Shown one piece after another: positions 1 through 10,433 of a DNA stretch of 64,000 nt. The notes below the pieces were generated by a model. That model saw only the letters and a list, made by a program, of their open reading frames with translations, was not told where the DNA came from and did not search any database. The translations under genes were made by a program, and so were the position numbers. The first letter of the stretch is position 1; each line of letters begins with the position of its first letter. The DNA is taken from contig OZ244587.1 of the NCBI GenBank assembly GCA_965218095.1, forward strand, positions 5,440,001 to 5,504,000, given 5' to 3'. Source of the DNA: Candidatus Poribacteria bacterium. GTDB lineage: Bacteria > Poribacteria > WGA-4E > PCPOR2b.

Positions 1-349
1 AGGTGTAAAAGCGTGAACCGACATCTTGGATATCATATACCAGCACATCAATCCCAGTGAGCATCTCCTGTGCTGGCTGCCGTGTCTCTCCATAGAGGCT
101 GTAAATCGGAATCTGTTGCTGTTTGTCAATTGCAGAGGGAATGCGGATCGCACTTTGAACGTTTCCCCAGACGCCATGCTCCGGGCTGAAAAGCGCAGCA
201 AGTCGAATCTTGGGGTGTTCAGCGAAGAGCATCAGGCTGCTCCGCAACTGTGCATCAATTCCGGTTTGGTTGGTGATTAACCCGATGGATTGGCCCTCAA
301 CGAGTGCCAACCGTTCTCTGAATAAAACGCTTAAACCGACTTCAGTCAT
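1..349 (-). CDS. DUF1343 / NamZ-like exo-beta-N-acetylmuramidase family protein, N-terminal part (runs off window start)
   Basis: Manual translation from ATG at 349: MTEVGLSVLF...GLITNQTG...ALFSPEHG...YSLYGETRQP...DVLVYDIQDVGSRFYT, the DUF1343 signature motifs. Confidence 0.85.
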   Translation of the reverse strand, partial: MTEVGLSVLFRERLALVEGQSIGLITNQTGIDAQLRSSLMLFAEHPKIRLAALFSPEHGVWGNVQSAIRIPSAIDKQQQIPIYSLYGETRQPAQEMLTGIDVLVYDIQDVGSRFYT

Positions 350-371
350 AGTGGGGCTACGCTGACTCTCA

Positions 372-1253
372 TTATTTATTGAAGTCTACTTCCTTGGTTA
401 AACTCATTGGCACCACACTTTGGACATGCAAATCTCGCTGTGGAAACGGAATTGTAATACCTTGCTCTCGAAATGCTTTTACGATAGCAAAATTCAGATC
501 GCTTCTCACAAAATACTGACGGGGCGAGTCTTCGATCCAGACCAGCAAATCAAAATTAAGCGAACTGTCACCAAATTCCAAAAACTGTATTTTCGGTTCG
601 GGACTGTCCAAAACTTCTGGATGGGCGCGCCCCACCTGCAACAAGGTTTCCGCGACCAAGTCAACATCTGAACCGTAAGACACGCCGACAGATACATGAA
701 TACGCACTTTTGAATCTCGATAGCTCCAGTTTGTCACATTTTCAGATATGAAATTTGAATTGGGCACAATAATCGACACATTGTCTAGAGTTTCAACTAC
801 TGAACTGCGTGCTTTAATCCTACGAATATTGCCTTGTACACCACTGACCTCCACAAAATCTCCCACCTGCACAGGACGCTCAAACAACAAAATGAGCGCG
901 CTGATGAAATTACTGGTAATATTTTGCAACCCCAAACCAATCCCCACCATCAATACCGCACTTACCGCAGCCAAGGCCGTTAGATCAATCCCAGCCTGTT
1001 GTATGGCAATAAATGCGCCTAACAACATTATTATATAGTGCAATATGCGGCAGATGGTTGCCTGTGTACCTATGTTTAGGTGCATCCGTCTAAACACATT
1101 GCGCCGCAACATACGCTGGGACAAACGCGATACCCAAAATGCCCCTAACATAATCAACACAACCGTTATCAAAATGGCTGGTGTTATTGTCACATCTCCC
1201 AAAGAAACCAGTTTTTTCCCCAATATGTCAAGAATCTCTTCCCAGCTTTTCAT
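372..1253 (-). CDS. Small-conductance mechanosensitive channel (MscS family)
   Basis: TM helices followed by GLGLQNITSNFISALILLFERPVQVGD, IIVPNS and IPFPQRDLH motifs. Confidence 0.92.
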   Translation of the reverse strand: MKSWEEILDILGKKLVSLGDVTITPAILITVVLIMLGAFWVSRLSQRMLRRNVFRRMHLNIGTQATICRILHYIIMLLGAFIAIQQAGIDLTALAAVSAVLMVGIGLGLQNITSNFISALILLFERPVQVGDFVEVSGVQGNIRRIKARSSVVETLDNVSIIVPNSNFISENVTNWSYRDSKVRIHVSVGVSYGSDVDLVAETLLQVGRAHPEVLDSPEPKIQFLEFGDSSLNFDLLVWIEDSPRQYFVRSDLNFAIVKAFREQGITIPFPQRDLHVQSVVPMSLTKEVDFNK

Positions 1254-1471
1254 TCCCTATCCTCCTGAACCAATACGATAAGGTCATCCAGTTCCTGCAA
1301 TTGGCTTTGGACTATGAACGCTATCCCGAGACGACTGAGGCGATGGTGTGCGTTGCTTCCATTTACTTGATGCGAAACCGAATCTAATGATTCTTCAAAT
1401 AGGCTCTAAGCCACTAGGTGATAGTTAAATCACATCAGCCATTTCGTTCTTTCATCTGCTTAGAGATCTGC

Positions 1472-2257
1472 TCAAAACCTATAACTCAACCCATTAACAA
1501 TTTCTAAATCATGCGTCTCAACATCAGTCGGTGGCTCACTGTCGTAGCGAAAATTCAATCGAGTGTTGAATGATACCGTTTCTGTCACACGAAGTTCAAT
1601 ACGGCTTTCAAAGAGGAGGCGAAAATCAGAAAAACGTTCAAGATCCGGTTGATAATAACCGCTTAGGGCGACGGTGAATCGTTCATCAATTCGCCACGTT
1701 GAAGAGACGTAATTGGTAGAACGAATAATATCCGTTTCGACTTCGCCTTGTTGCGCGTCATTTATAGTTTCGTTTTCCCACATTGCCCCAATGCCGATAT
1801 AGAGGTTCAGTCCTGCACTGTTTTTCGTATTCGTGCGTTGCCTGAGAACTAAGACACGAATGCCGCCGCCAGCCAAATTCCTGTCTTGTAACAGAATCGA
1901 TTCGTTAAACTGTTTCTGAGTAAATATCTCTACGCTCAAGTGATTGTTGATGGAACGGGCACCCCGTAAGTGAATGAACCCCTTATCGGTATACAATTTT
2001 CCACCTTGCTTGCCTTGTTGAAAGGTCACAATACCGAACGTGTGATACTTGTCAACCCAATAATCCGATCGCAAACTGGTTTTGAATCTGAGTAGGTCTG
2101 TATTCCCGGATTGGTATGTTAAACTTAAAGTAATGTCGTTATACCAGCCCGGCTTTGAGTCCAGCCGCCGCAAAGTCTCAATATTGACCTGCCCTTTAGC
2201 ACTCGCGGTGAGAACAAACAGACAGGTCAAACCTACGGCATACTTTATTATGTGCAT
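1472..2257 (-). CDS. DUF481-like outer-membrane beta-barrel protein
   Basis: Signal peptide, QVNIE start of mature part, SGNTD motif, amphipathic strands, C-terminal GLSYRF. Confidence 0.7.
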   Translation of the reverse strand: MHIIKYAVGLTCLFVLTASAKGQVNIETLRRLDSKPGWYNDITLSLTYQSGNTDLLRFKTSLRSDYWVDKYHTFGIVTFQQGKQGGKLYTDKGFIHLRGARSINNHLSVEIFTQKQFNESILLQDRNLAGGGIRVLVLRQRTNTKNSAGLNLYIGIGAMWENETINDAQQGEVETDIIRSTNYVSSTWRIDERFTVALSGYYQPDLERFSDFRLLFESRIELRVTETVSFNTRLNFRYDSEPPTDVETHDLEIVNGLSYRF

Positions 2258-2301
2258 ATATCCTTGTTACTTTGACCTAAACATAAACGTTGGAACTTGA
2301 C

Positions 2302-3240
2302 TCAATTTTGGTCAACTTCTTGATTGAGGGGCACCTCCTTGAACACCGGTGGTAGAGAAGCCGTCTCAGACAGTTTATATTCTATGGCAGAATGAGGGTA
2401 GGCGAAGCCAAGTTGATCGCTCTTTCCAAACGCCTCTACGACTTTTGCAACGATCTCAGTCGATATCTTTTGTCGATCTACCGCAATTGATTGATAGCGC
2501 AGGCGCATAATAAACCCCGATTCAAAAAACTCCGCTCGCACTTCGGGTTCTTTTCCTGTATCTTCTACAATTTCCTTTGTGACCTCCCGCGCACAAGCAA
2601 TCAGCGTCGTTTCTGCCAGTCTATAATCCGAATCGTAGGATACCCTCACGGGCACCTCATCCAAAATGTATTTGGTCTCGTCAGAAACAGCATAATTGAT
2701 TACCATCTGGTCAAACAACACTGCATTGGGTATCAAAATGCCGCGATTAGAAGCCTCTTCACCACCCACTGTGCCTCCAACTTCACCTAACAAAATGTGT
2801 GTGGGTGTGATTTCCAAAACATCGCCCCGTACGCCCTGAATAATAATGCGATCGCCAATCATAAAAGGGCGCTTAATCATTACCATCAACCATGCTGCCA
2901 CACCTGTTACTGGCCGCTGGAGTGACCAGCCCAAAATCATACTGACAAAGGCAACAGTCAGTCCCATCGCAGCCAGAGATCCCGACATGCTCACAATGAT
3001 AAAAACAAAGGCAGCCAACATAAATGAGTATTTCCACATCGTCGTAAACTGATTAATTTGTGCATCCGTGCGCTGCTGCCCACGCATCGCCCTGACGATC
3101 AAATTCTTCGACACTTTATAGGCAATTAGCAATGCAATCAACAACACAAAAGCATATAGTCCGCCAACTATAGATTCTCCCAATACCTTTGTCATTGACA
3201 GCTTGATACTGTTCAAAAACGTCTTCAATGTCTCTTGCAT
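2302..3240 (-). CDS. MscS family mechanosensitive channel
   Basis: GWSLQRPV..., RPFMIGDRI, LIPNAVL, AYPH; start moved to ATG 3240 (MQETL) behind GAGAGGT, removing the overlap with the upstream gene. Confidence 0.85.
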   Translation of the reverse strand: MQETLKTFLNSIKLSMTKVLGESIVGGLYAFVLLIALLIAYKVSKNLIVRAMRGQQRTDAQINQFTTMWKYSFMLAAFVFIIVSMSGSLAAMGLTVAFVSMILGWSLQRPVTGVAAWLMVMIKRPFMIGDRIIIQGVRGDVLEITPTHILLGEVGGTVGGEEASNRGILIPNAVLFDQMVINYAVSDETKYILDEVPVRVSYDSDYRLAETTLIACAREVTKEIVEDTGKEPEVRAEFFESGFIMRLRYQSIAVDRQKISTEIVAKVVEAFGKSDQLGFAYPHSAIEYKLSETASLPPVFKEVPLNQEVDQN

Positions 3241-3262
3241 GTTTGTTACCTCTCTTTCAAAG

Positions 3263-4297
3263 TTAAAAAATGGATTGATAAAACTTGGCTCGAAAATCGA
3301 TGATGCCGGGATAGGAAGCATCGGGATGAACGCGGTTCGTCAGCAGGATAGCGAACATTTTCCTTTCCAGATTGACTCGAATCGAAGTTCCCGTAAACCC
3401 GGTATGGTAGAGTGAGCCGTCTTTCAATATAACCCAGCCAATGCCACGCGATTCGTTTAACCCCGTTGTATGAACGGTCGCCAGCCGCTTGATGCTTTCC
3501 ATCGTCAAGACGCCATCCCCACCATCGACCAGCATCTGACAAAAACGCCCGAGATCTGTGGCGGTCGAAAACAGACCGGCATTGCCTGAGACCCCACCGA
3601 GGAAATGGGCATTCTCGTCATGTACTTCGCCAACGATGATCCCTCCCCGCCAATCGTACCGATGATAGTCCACCATCCGTTTTTCAAAGCTGTTAGAATC
3701 TTCTGTCGCTGCACACCGATCTGCCCACTCCGGCGGCGGGTTATACCGCGTCCAATTCATGGCAAGTAGCTGAAAAATCCATTTTTTTGCGAGGCAATCC
3801 AGCGATTCTCCTGTCACTTGCTCAATGAGCGCCCCGAGCAGAATGTATCCCAGGCAACTGTATATGACCTGAGTCCCCGTTGGATACTCTAAAGGCATCT
3901 GACCGAGATAATTGACAACCAGATCTTTTGACTCCGATTCTAAGTAGGTCGCCCGCCAGTCCGGTAGCCCAGAGGTGTGGGTTAAGAGATCAAGGGCTGT
4001 CATCTGCCGATGTGCGAACTCAGGGAGGTACTTCTGGATTGGTACGTTGAGTGCTACATCCCCTTGCTCAACAAGGCGCATGATGAGCGTCGCAGTCACA
4101 ACCGGTTTGGTAAGCGATGCCAGGTCAAAGATTGTTTCGCGCTGCATCGGCTTGATCTCGGGAGTAATCATTCTATACCCAAATGCCTCATAGTAGGAGA
4201 TTTTACGACCTTCGGCGATATAGGCAACTGCGCCGGGGAAAACCTCTTCCGAAATGCCACCTTGGATGAGTTGGTCAATTTCATTTCCTTTCCCCAT
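3263..4297 (-). CDS. Serine hydrolase, beta-lactamase/AmpC family
   Basis: FDLASLTK (SxxK), LLTHTSGL, YSCLGY, GEVHDENA, GNAGLFS, HTGFTGT. Confidence 0.92.
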   Translation of the reverse strand: MGKGNEIDQLIQGGISEEVFPGAVAYIAEGRKISYYEAFGYRMITPEIKPMQRETIFDLASLTKPVVTATLIMRLVEQGDVALNVPIQKYLPEFAHRQMTALDLLTHTSGLPDWRATYLESESKDLVVNYLGQMPLEYPTGTQVIYSCLGYILLGALIEQVTGESLDCLAKKWIFQLLAMNWTRYNPPPEWADRCAATEDSNSFEKRMVDYHRYDWRGGIIVGEVHDENAHFLGGVSGNAGLFSTATDLGRFCQMLVDGGDGVLTMESIKRLATVHTTGLNESRGIGWVILKDGSLYHTGFTGTSIRVNLERKMFAILLTNRVHPDASYPGIIDFRAKFYQSIF

Positions 4298-4301
4298 TTT
4301 C

Positions 4302-5348
4302 TCAATCTCCTTTTTTCACAATTTCCCCCGGTTTCCCTTCAGCCCCATTGACTTCAAATTGAACGGGTAAAAACTGTTGAACCAACCAGATGTTTGTGGT
4401 GAGATGCCGCGTGATTCGGGAGGTTGTAAAACAGGATTCTCCTTGCGCAAGTGCCATCGGCAGGATGAGTTGATCCGCAAGGTGAGGCTCGATTGCTGTG
4501 TCTGACGCTAGGAAATCTTCCAGCGCTTGGCACGCTTCATCGGCGACCTGTTCAGCGCGTTTGCCGCGTGCGCCAAGGGCAGAGAATCCCGCCTGGACAT
4601 TTTCAAACTGCGCTTTCAGAAAAACGAGCGTTCCCTGCCCGATAGATTCCCCCTCGACCAGATCGATGTTGAGTTGTTGGCCAAATCGTATCAGGCGTTT
4701 CTGGCTCTGGTCGCGCTGTCGATTGAGGATATGTTCGGGCAGATTGGAAGCCGCAGAGATGCCTTGGATCTCCTTCAGTTTTCCCCGAACCCGTAAATCT
4801 ACGCCATGCCAATCAGATGAGGGCTGGATGCTTGCGATTGCTTCGCCCCCGCCTTTGGGATACCAGCCCCACCGGTTCAACTTCAGCGAACCTTGAAACC
4901 CAAATTTTGCTGCCATCGGTATGAAGATTTCCTGGAGGTAGTGAATAGCTGGACTCCAGGGAACATGCGTCCCGCCACGCAAGGTGGCGGTGGAAGGGAC
5001 TTCTGCGTGCGCCAGCGGCGCCGCAATCGACTGGAAAACCAGCGATAACGCCCCCGCACTCGGGCGAATATCGGCGACATCGAAGGTATAGCCTCCGCCG
5101 CGGATTTCTTGGGGAACGAAGGTCAAGGTCTGTGAGCCAAGTGATCCGCCGTTCACTTCGGCGTTGGTGATTGCGGCGACCGCATTGACACCGGTGAGGT
5201 GCTGCGCGGCGATCCCAGGTTTTTCGCGTCCTGCCCGTATGTTCTTAATCCGGATCGGCTGTCTAAGAATCGCGGACAAGCTCAGACTCGATCGCAGAAT
5301 CTGTCCGCCGCCTTCGCCGTAATTTCCGTCAATTTCAAGTAGGTTCAT
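4302..5348 (-). CDS. rtcA: RNA 3'-terminal phosphate cyclase
   Basis: GEGGGQILRS, IRAGR.KPG, GGTHVPWSP, GWYPKGGG, HLADQL, T.HLTTN. Confidence 0.95.
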   Translation of the reverse strand: MNLLEIDGNYGEGGGQILRSSLSLSAILRQPIRIKNIRAGREKPGIAAQHLTGVNAVAAITNAEVNGGSLGSQTLTFVPQEIRGGGYTFDVADIRPSAGALSLVFQSIAAPLAHAEVPSTATLRGGTHVPWSPAIHYLQEIFIPMAAKFGFQGSLKLNRWGWYPKGGGEAIASIQPSSDWHGVDLRVRGKLKEIQGISAASNLPEHILNRQRDQSQKRLIRFGQQLNIDLVEGESIGQGTLVFLKAQFENVQAGFSALGARGKRAEQVADEACQALEDFLASDTAIEPHLADQLILPMALAQGESCFTTSRITRHLTTNIWLVQQFLPVQFEVNGAEGKPGEIVKKGD

Positions 5349-5384
5349 TTGTTTCTTGTCATCCCCTTCATTACGTTTTACGCC

Positions 5385-5504
5385 TCACGCCTCATCCTCC
5401 TCGAATCCATACATAAACAGGTTATTCAGCGACTCCGCCAGCGTCAGGTGAGCAAAGATACCATCCCGAATCGCTGTATAAGGCACCTGACCCATCATCG
5501 CCAT
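5385..5504 (-). pseudogene. C-terminal remnant of a mercuric-reductase-like pyridine nucleotide-disulfide oxidoreductase
   Basis: Manual translation [30 protein letters not shown] resembles the conserved ...[18 protein letters not shown] tail; rest of the gene is absent. Confidence 0.6.
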
Positions 5505-5705
5505 CCCAAACGCGCAATGAATTGCGCTACTACAAACGGAATGTATAGTTCAATACTGAAAATTACTTAACCTTTGATGCTAGTTGGTGAGGATGTAGTT
5601 TCCACAAGGGTTGTAGAATTTACATATTCGACTTGGCAAAGAATAGATCGTTACTGACTGGATCTTTGATTTCAGACTAGTACATTAGTTATTATGACTG
5701 TTCCC

Positions 5706-6335
5706 CTATGACCAGGTGTTGCGAAACCAGACTTGTGGCAGCAGATTGAGCGTTGTTTCTTCACCCCCGCAATTGTATGCCGTAATGCGAATCAGTAAAT
5801 CTTCCGGCGAAGCCTTTGCGTACTCCACGAACACATCGAAGTATCGGTCTTCATCAAAGATGCCAATGTCTATAAGCTCAAACTCTAGTGGTTCTTTGCC
5901 GCGCTGGCGGTTTTCCTCTACAAGCTAGGCATACGGAGATTCCGACTGTGGATATTTGTAGAGCATTTTCATGTACGAATGGGTCGGCGTGCTATCCAGA
6001 TAGTAGTAATACTCTTTCACCTCCTCACCGTGATTGCCTTCGTTGTTTGTAAGGCCAAAAAGACGTCCTTTCAAAATGGCATCTCGCCCATTCCACAGCG
6101 CCAGCGAGAAGCAGAGGAATTGCAGTTCATCGCTGATTCCGGCGATTCCCTCTTCGCCCCAACGATAGGCTTTGCTGCGTGCCATATCGTGAGAAACATA
6201 TTCCCACGCGGCGCCGTGCGGACTGTAATCCTCCCGCACGGTACCCCATTGACGCTCAGTCAGATATGGCCCCCATTTCTTCCATGGGGCTTTTTGGTCT
6301 CTCACTTCTTGTAATCGTACCTTTTCTGCGTTCAT
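5706..6335 (-). pseudogene. Truncated MGH1-like/GH63 glucosidase
   Basis: [53 protein letters not shown]; in-frame TAG at 5925-5927, homology continues (LVEENRQRG...WFRNTWS) to TAG at 5706; most of the gene is missing. Confidence 0.85.
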
Positions 6336-6348
6336 AAGAAATCTTGGC

Positions 6349-7305
6349 TTAGTTTCGTAGTTCTTGCAGCAGACATTCCCATCTCTGCCGCTCGCGGTCG
6401 GGATGGACAATAGGCTTTAGTCGCTCACACCACACTTTGAGCGTGGTGTAAAATTCCAGGTCTGTTTCAACTCGCTGCAGGAGATTCGCCAACGCTTTTG
6501 TGTCTCCGACCGGAAAGTATCCCGGATAATCTTCTCCTAGCAAGCCAATCGAGCCCGATATCCGCGATGAGATGACGGGCACTGAACAAGCAATAGCCTC
6601 GCAAACGACATTAGCCCCACCTTCCATTTGCGAAGTGAGCGCGAGAAGCCGACTGCGAGCCAGGATGCGGAGCGCCTTCCAGCGTGGGAGTTCCCCTAAC
6701 CACTGGTAGCGGGGATTGGAGAATACTTCGGCATGCGCATGTATTTCCATATCTTTGGTGAGGGCGCCCCCAACATGCACCACCTGAACTCGTGAAGATG
6801 GAGGCAGCAATCGGGCTGCTATGGCGGTTCGGAATGGGTCCTTCACGGGACGCAGATGGCCCAGCACTGACACCTCAAAAACTCCCTTTTTGGGAGAAAA
6901 CGCTCCCGGCGGCGGTTTCACAGATTGATAGATTACCCACGCCTTGCCACGCAGATGCTCCGGCAGTTCCGCAATGCCTGCGGGTTGCAGCAGAATGAAA
7001 CGATCCGCCATCTCCAGAGATTCTTGAGCTGACGTAGCTGTGTGGATATCGCCGTAAAGATCCGTTCCGGTCAGCGCGAGGATAAGGGACAAGTCCGGAT
7101 ATTCACCTCGAAAGCGTGCGATGGAATTGTGGCTGCGGCGTGCGTGGAGGGCAATCATCAGATTGCATCGCTGCCCTTGATACTCCTGCGCGATAGTGAC
7201 ATGGTGACCGAGTTCTCGTAAGATGTGGCTCCACCGAAGGGCGGTCACACGATTCCCCTTGCGGGAGTATGTTGGAGCTGGGGTTATCAGACAGATTTTC
7301 ATCAT
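6349..7305 (-). CDS. senB: Selenosugar synthase (GT4-like glycosyltransferase) of selenoneine biosynthesis
   Basis: [59 protein letters not shown]; adjacent to selD and senA. Confidence 0.9.
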   Translation of the reverse strand: MMKICLITPAPTYSRKGNRVTALRWSHILRELGHHVTIAQEYQGQRCNLMIALHARRSHNSIARFRGEYPDLSLILALTGTDLYGDIHTATSAQESLEMADRFILLQPAGIAELPEHLRGKAWVIYQSVKPPPGAFSPKKGVFEVSVLGHLRPVKDPFRTAIAARLLPPSSRVQVVHVGGALTKDMEIHAHAEVFSNPRYQWLGELPRWKALRILARSRLLALTSQMEGGANVVCEAIACSVPVISSRISGSIGLLGEDYPGYFPVGDTKALANLLQRVETDLEFYTTLKVWCERLKPIVHPDRERQRWECLLQELRN

Positions 7306-7319
7306 TGCTCCTTGAAACT

Positions 7320-8381
7320 TTATACAAAAACAAGGTGGTTCGAGTCAACGAGGGGCATCACATGCCCGATAATCCGCGCTTTTTCTACACCATCATTGTG
7401 TAGGGCCATCAATAGTGCCTGGCTTTGGGCTTCAGGCACAGAAACCAGGAGCCCACCACTGGTCTGGGGGTCAACAAATATTTCCGTATGCCACGAAGGT
7501 AGTGAATTTTCAAAACGCGCAAGGTCTGAAATTAACGCACGATTGGCAGCATTGACGCCTGTACTCATCCCTTTTTGGTACATTTCCAAAGCCTCGCGCA
7601 TGATCGGCACTTCGTCGGTGTAGATTTGCAAAGTGATGCCAGACCCCTTTGCCATCTCCAAGGCATGGCCAGCCAGTCCAAATCCGGTGATGTCCGTCGC
7701 CGCATGGATGTCAAAGTCAGCCATGATCTCTGCCGCTTTTTTGTTGAGCGTTGTGATAGTTTGTATACATTCCTCTAGTGCCTGATCTAATACCCAATTT
7801 TTCAGATTAGCATTAAAAATTACGCCACTGCCGATAGGCTTGGTCAAGATCAGAACATCCCCCGGTTTGGCACCGACGTTTCGCCAATATTTTTGCGGAT
7901 GCACAATTCCGGTGACTGACAGCCCGAACTTCGGTTCTTCATCATCGGTTGTATGACCGCCCGCTAGGACCGCGCCGGCTTCAGTGATTTTACTCAATGC
8001 CCCCTCAACAATTGCATGCAGGATTTCTGGCTCCAGTTTATCTGACGGAAAACCCACCAAATTTAGACAGGTTACGGGGCTGCCACCCATTGCATAGATG
8101 TCGCTGATTGAATTGGCTGCACCGATCTGACCAAACAGGTATGGGTCATCCACCGGTGGGGTGATAAAGTCGGCAGTAGTCACCAAAGCCATTTCGTCGT
8201 TCAGGCGGTAGATAGCTGCATCATCGCTGGTTTCAAATCCGACAAGCAGGTTTGGGTCATCTTTCTTCGGCAGCTTTGCCAAGAGTTCTCCCAGTCCAAC
8301 TGGACTGACCTTGGCCGCTCACCCACAGGTCTTCGCGAGGCTTGTGAGGGTATGTTTTCGTGACAGTTTATTTAAGTTCAT
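7320..8381 (-). CDS. selD: Selenophosphate synthetase (SelD/SenC), selenocysteine-containing
   Basis: ATG 8381 gives MNLNKLSRKHTLTSLAKTCG-U(TGA 8319-8321)-AAKVSP, continuing in frame into DDAAIY, DFITPPVDDPY, GGHT, TDITGFGL.GH, DPQTSGGLL. Confidence 0.93.
8292..8307 (-). promoter_or_regulatory. SECIS-like hairpin of selD
   Basis: CAGUCC-AGUU-GGACUG stem-loop beginning 11 nt after the in-frame UGA, GU in the apical loop. Confidence 0.75.
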
Positions 8382-8449
8382 CGTATTGCTCCAAAGCTTT
8401 TTTAAGAGGTGACGGTGATAGGTGACAAAGACACACCGGGGTTCGAGGC

Positions 8450-8659
8450 TCAATCCCCTATCGCCGCTTTTGCTTGCGCTACCCTGTTGGTTTCGGCTTC
8501 CTCTCTGGTCGAACCGGTAGATCGAGCGATGACGGCGCCGGGGCTCACATTGTCTACGGTACAAACATACGCATTCCCGAGTTGGTAAGACTTGATCCGG
8601 ATCGTCCATTTGCCAACGGATTCGGTTCGCGTTTGATGGTTTTTAGGGGCTTGAGCCAT
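8450..8659 (-). CDS. Small hypothetical protein (69 aa) in the sen cluster
   Basis: AAGGAGGT RBS before ATG; protein-like sequence SYQLGNAYVCTVDNVSPGAVIAR...TREEAE. Confidence 0.7.
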   Translation of the reverse strand: MAQAPKNHQTRTESVGKWTIRIKSYQLGNAYVCTVDNVSPGAVIARSTGSTREEAETNRVAQAKAAIGD

Positions 8660-8909
8660 GTCGTACCTCCTTCAGGGGATTCTTTTTGTCTAAAAACGAA
8701 AGGAGTTGAAATTCTTGGTTTTCCTCAGTTGTCAACGTAGCAGTATCGTAACGAATTCCGTTTTTGCTCAATTCATCAAGAATCGTCTGTAGCACAATGT
8801 AGACGCCTTCACGGACAAAAGTAGCATCGCAGTGATACTTTCTCATTAATCGAAAGATTTCTTTCCAGGCAGCTTGTTTGTCGCTTAGAATGCGCATCGC
8901 ATGGGACAT
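8643..8909 (-). CDS. Small hypothetical protein (88 aa)
   Basis: GAGGA RBS, co-oriented between senA and the 69-aa ORF, overlapping the latter. Confidence 0.5.
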   Translation of the reverse strand: MSHAMRILSDKQAAWKEIFRLMRKYHCDATFVREGVYIVLQTILDELSKNGIRYDTATLTTEENQEFQLLSFLDKKNPLKEVRHGSSP

Positions 8910-8988
8910 GTAATTCTATCCCTCTTTTTAATGCTCCCGATGGATAGACATATCCAAACCGAGCATAATCGGATCCGCCAACGACGGA

Positions 8989-10284
8989 TCAACCCAACGC
9001 ACAAGTCCGAAATCCCGCCCACACGTCCCGGCGATCTGGCGTATAAAAGTTCCGCCATGTGTTACGAAGCATACGAGCGCGGGTCGTCCAGCATCCACCT
9101 CGCAGGACTTTACGGGTTTTAAACCAGGGATCGGAATACTCTTTGTAGGGGTCAATCTCGAAGCCGGGGTAAGGGAGAAACGTGCTGCTTGTCCACTCCC
9201 ACAGGTTACCAATCATCTGTCGGCAGCCGAAGGGGCTGTCACTTTCAGGCAAGGCTCCCACATCGATACAACCCATGGTAGTCCAGTCGAGGTTAGCTCG
9301 ATCCGGATTCGGCGGTTCATCACCCCATGGAAAGTGACGCTTCCGCGAGGAGAGTCCCTGACCGTCCGAATTTGGCTCGACAGCGGCAGCAACCTCCCAC
9401 TCGGCTTCTGTTGGCAATCGGCGTCTAGCCCAACGACAGTAAGCTTCTGCCTCATGCCAGTTGACATGGATGACAGGCAGATCCGGTTCAAGCGCCCTCC
9501 ATTTGTCAAAATGCCGGCGCAGCCAGTCGCCGTTAACGTCACGTCGCCAGTAGACCGGGTGTTCCGCACTCTCCGTTTTCCGCCATTCCCATCCCTCCTG
9601 ACTCCAGAGCTCTTTTCGGCGATAGCCCGCATTGTCCACAAACCCTGCAAACTCGGATTGAGTTACGGGAGCGCGGGCAATGGCAAACGGTTCAATCTCG
9701 ATCGGATGCGCCCACTTTTCGTTGTCAAACACGAACGGTTCGTCCGATGTGGCCCCCAAAATGAACGCACCGCCAGGAATCTCTACGTCACCCAACAGCG
9801 CCCCCTCTTCGGCCTGTGAGTTGCCGCCACTGGAAAATCGCGGAGGTGGGTATGCCAGCGTCTGGCGCGTATAGGTAAACGCCTCATTGTGCATGTCTTC
9901 GTGATAGACCGTATAGCGCACAAAATAGACCTGTGCTTCGCTGGGCTCGCCCCGCTGAAGCTGCTCGATAACCCGATTGCACACTTCACGCATGTATGCC
10001 AACGTCCCTTCGCGGGAGGGCAGCGGCAAATCCCATCGCGTTGTATGGGGGATGGCAATCGAGTCCCAAAGTGCGTCGGCGTCATCACGAATCGGTTTCT
10101 GCTTGTAGACCTCCCGCAGGACCCATTTCTCCTGAAACCACGCCACATGCCCAATCTCCCAAATCAACGGGTTGATGATCGGCAGATAGGGACTCATCAG
10201 TTGTTCGTCGCTGAGATCTGCAACCAGATCGAAGGTTCGCTGACGGGCATCATGCACCCACTCAGCAAGTTCTGCGCTATCCAT
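8989..10284 (-). CDS. senA: Selenoneine synthase (EgtB-like DinB + FGE-sulfatase domains)
   Basis: INPLIWEIGHVAWFQE, HEDMHNE Fe-binding His motif, FVFDNEKWAH, RLPTEAEWE, GNLWEWT, WRNFYTPDRRD..AGFRTC; clustered with selD and senB. Confidence 0.88.
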   Translation of the reverse strand: MDSAELAEWVHDARQRTFDLVADLSDEQLMSPYLPIINPLIWEIGHVAWFQEKWVLREVYKQKPIRDDADALWDSIAIPHTTRWDLPLPSREGTLAYMREVCNRVIEQLQRGEPSEAQVYFVRYTVYHEDMHNEAFTYTRQTLAYPPPRFSSGGNSQAEEGALLGDVEIPGGAFILGATSDEPFVFDNEKWAHPIEIEPFAIARAPVTQSEFAGFVDNAGYRRKELWSQEGWEWRKTESAEHPVYWRRDVNGDWLRRHFDKWRALEPDLPVIHVNWHEAEAYCRWARRRLPTEAEWEVAAAVEPNSDGQGLSSRKRHFPWGDEPPNPDRANLDWTTMGCIDVGALPESDSPFGCRQMIGNLWEWTSSTFLPYPGFEIDPYKEYSDPWFKTRKVLRGGCWTTRARMLRNTWRNFYTPDRRDVWAGFRTCALG

Positions 10285-10433
10285 GATTCCCTCCTCATAC
10301 GTGAAACGTGAAGCGTGATTATAGCGCGGATTTGCAGAATTCGTGGATTGGCAAAAATCCGTTTATTCTGTCAATCCGTGTTCTTGTTCTCCTATTTCTT
10401 CTCTTCCCCTATCAACCGTCCCCCTGTCCCAGT

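Noticed and set aside
8989-10284. Calling this gene egtB (ergothioneine)
   Set aside because: Linkage to selD and a SenB-type glycosyltransferase favours SenA; no egtA/C/E in the window
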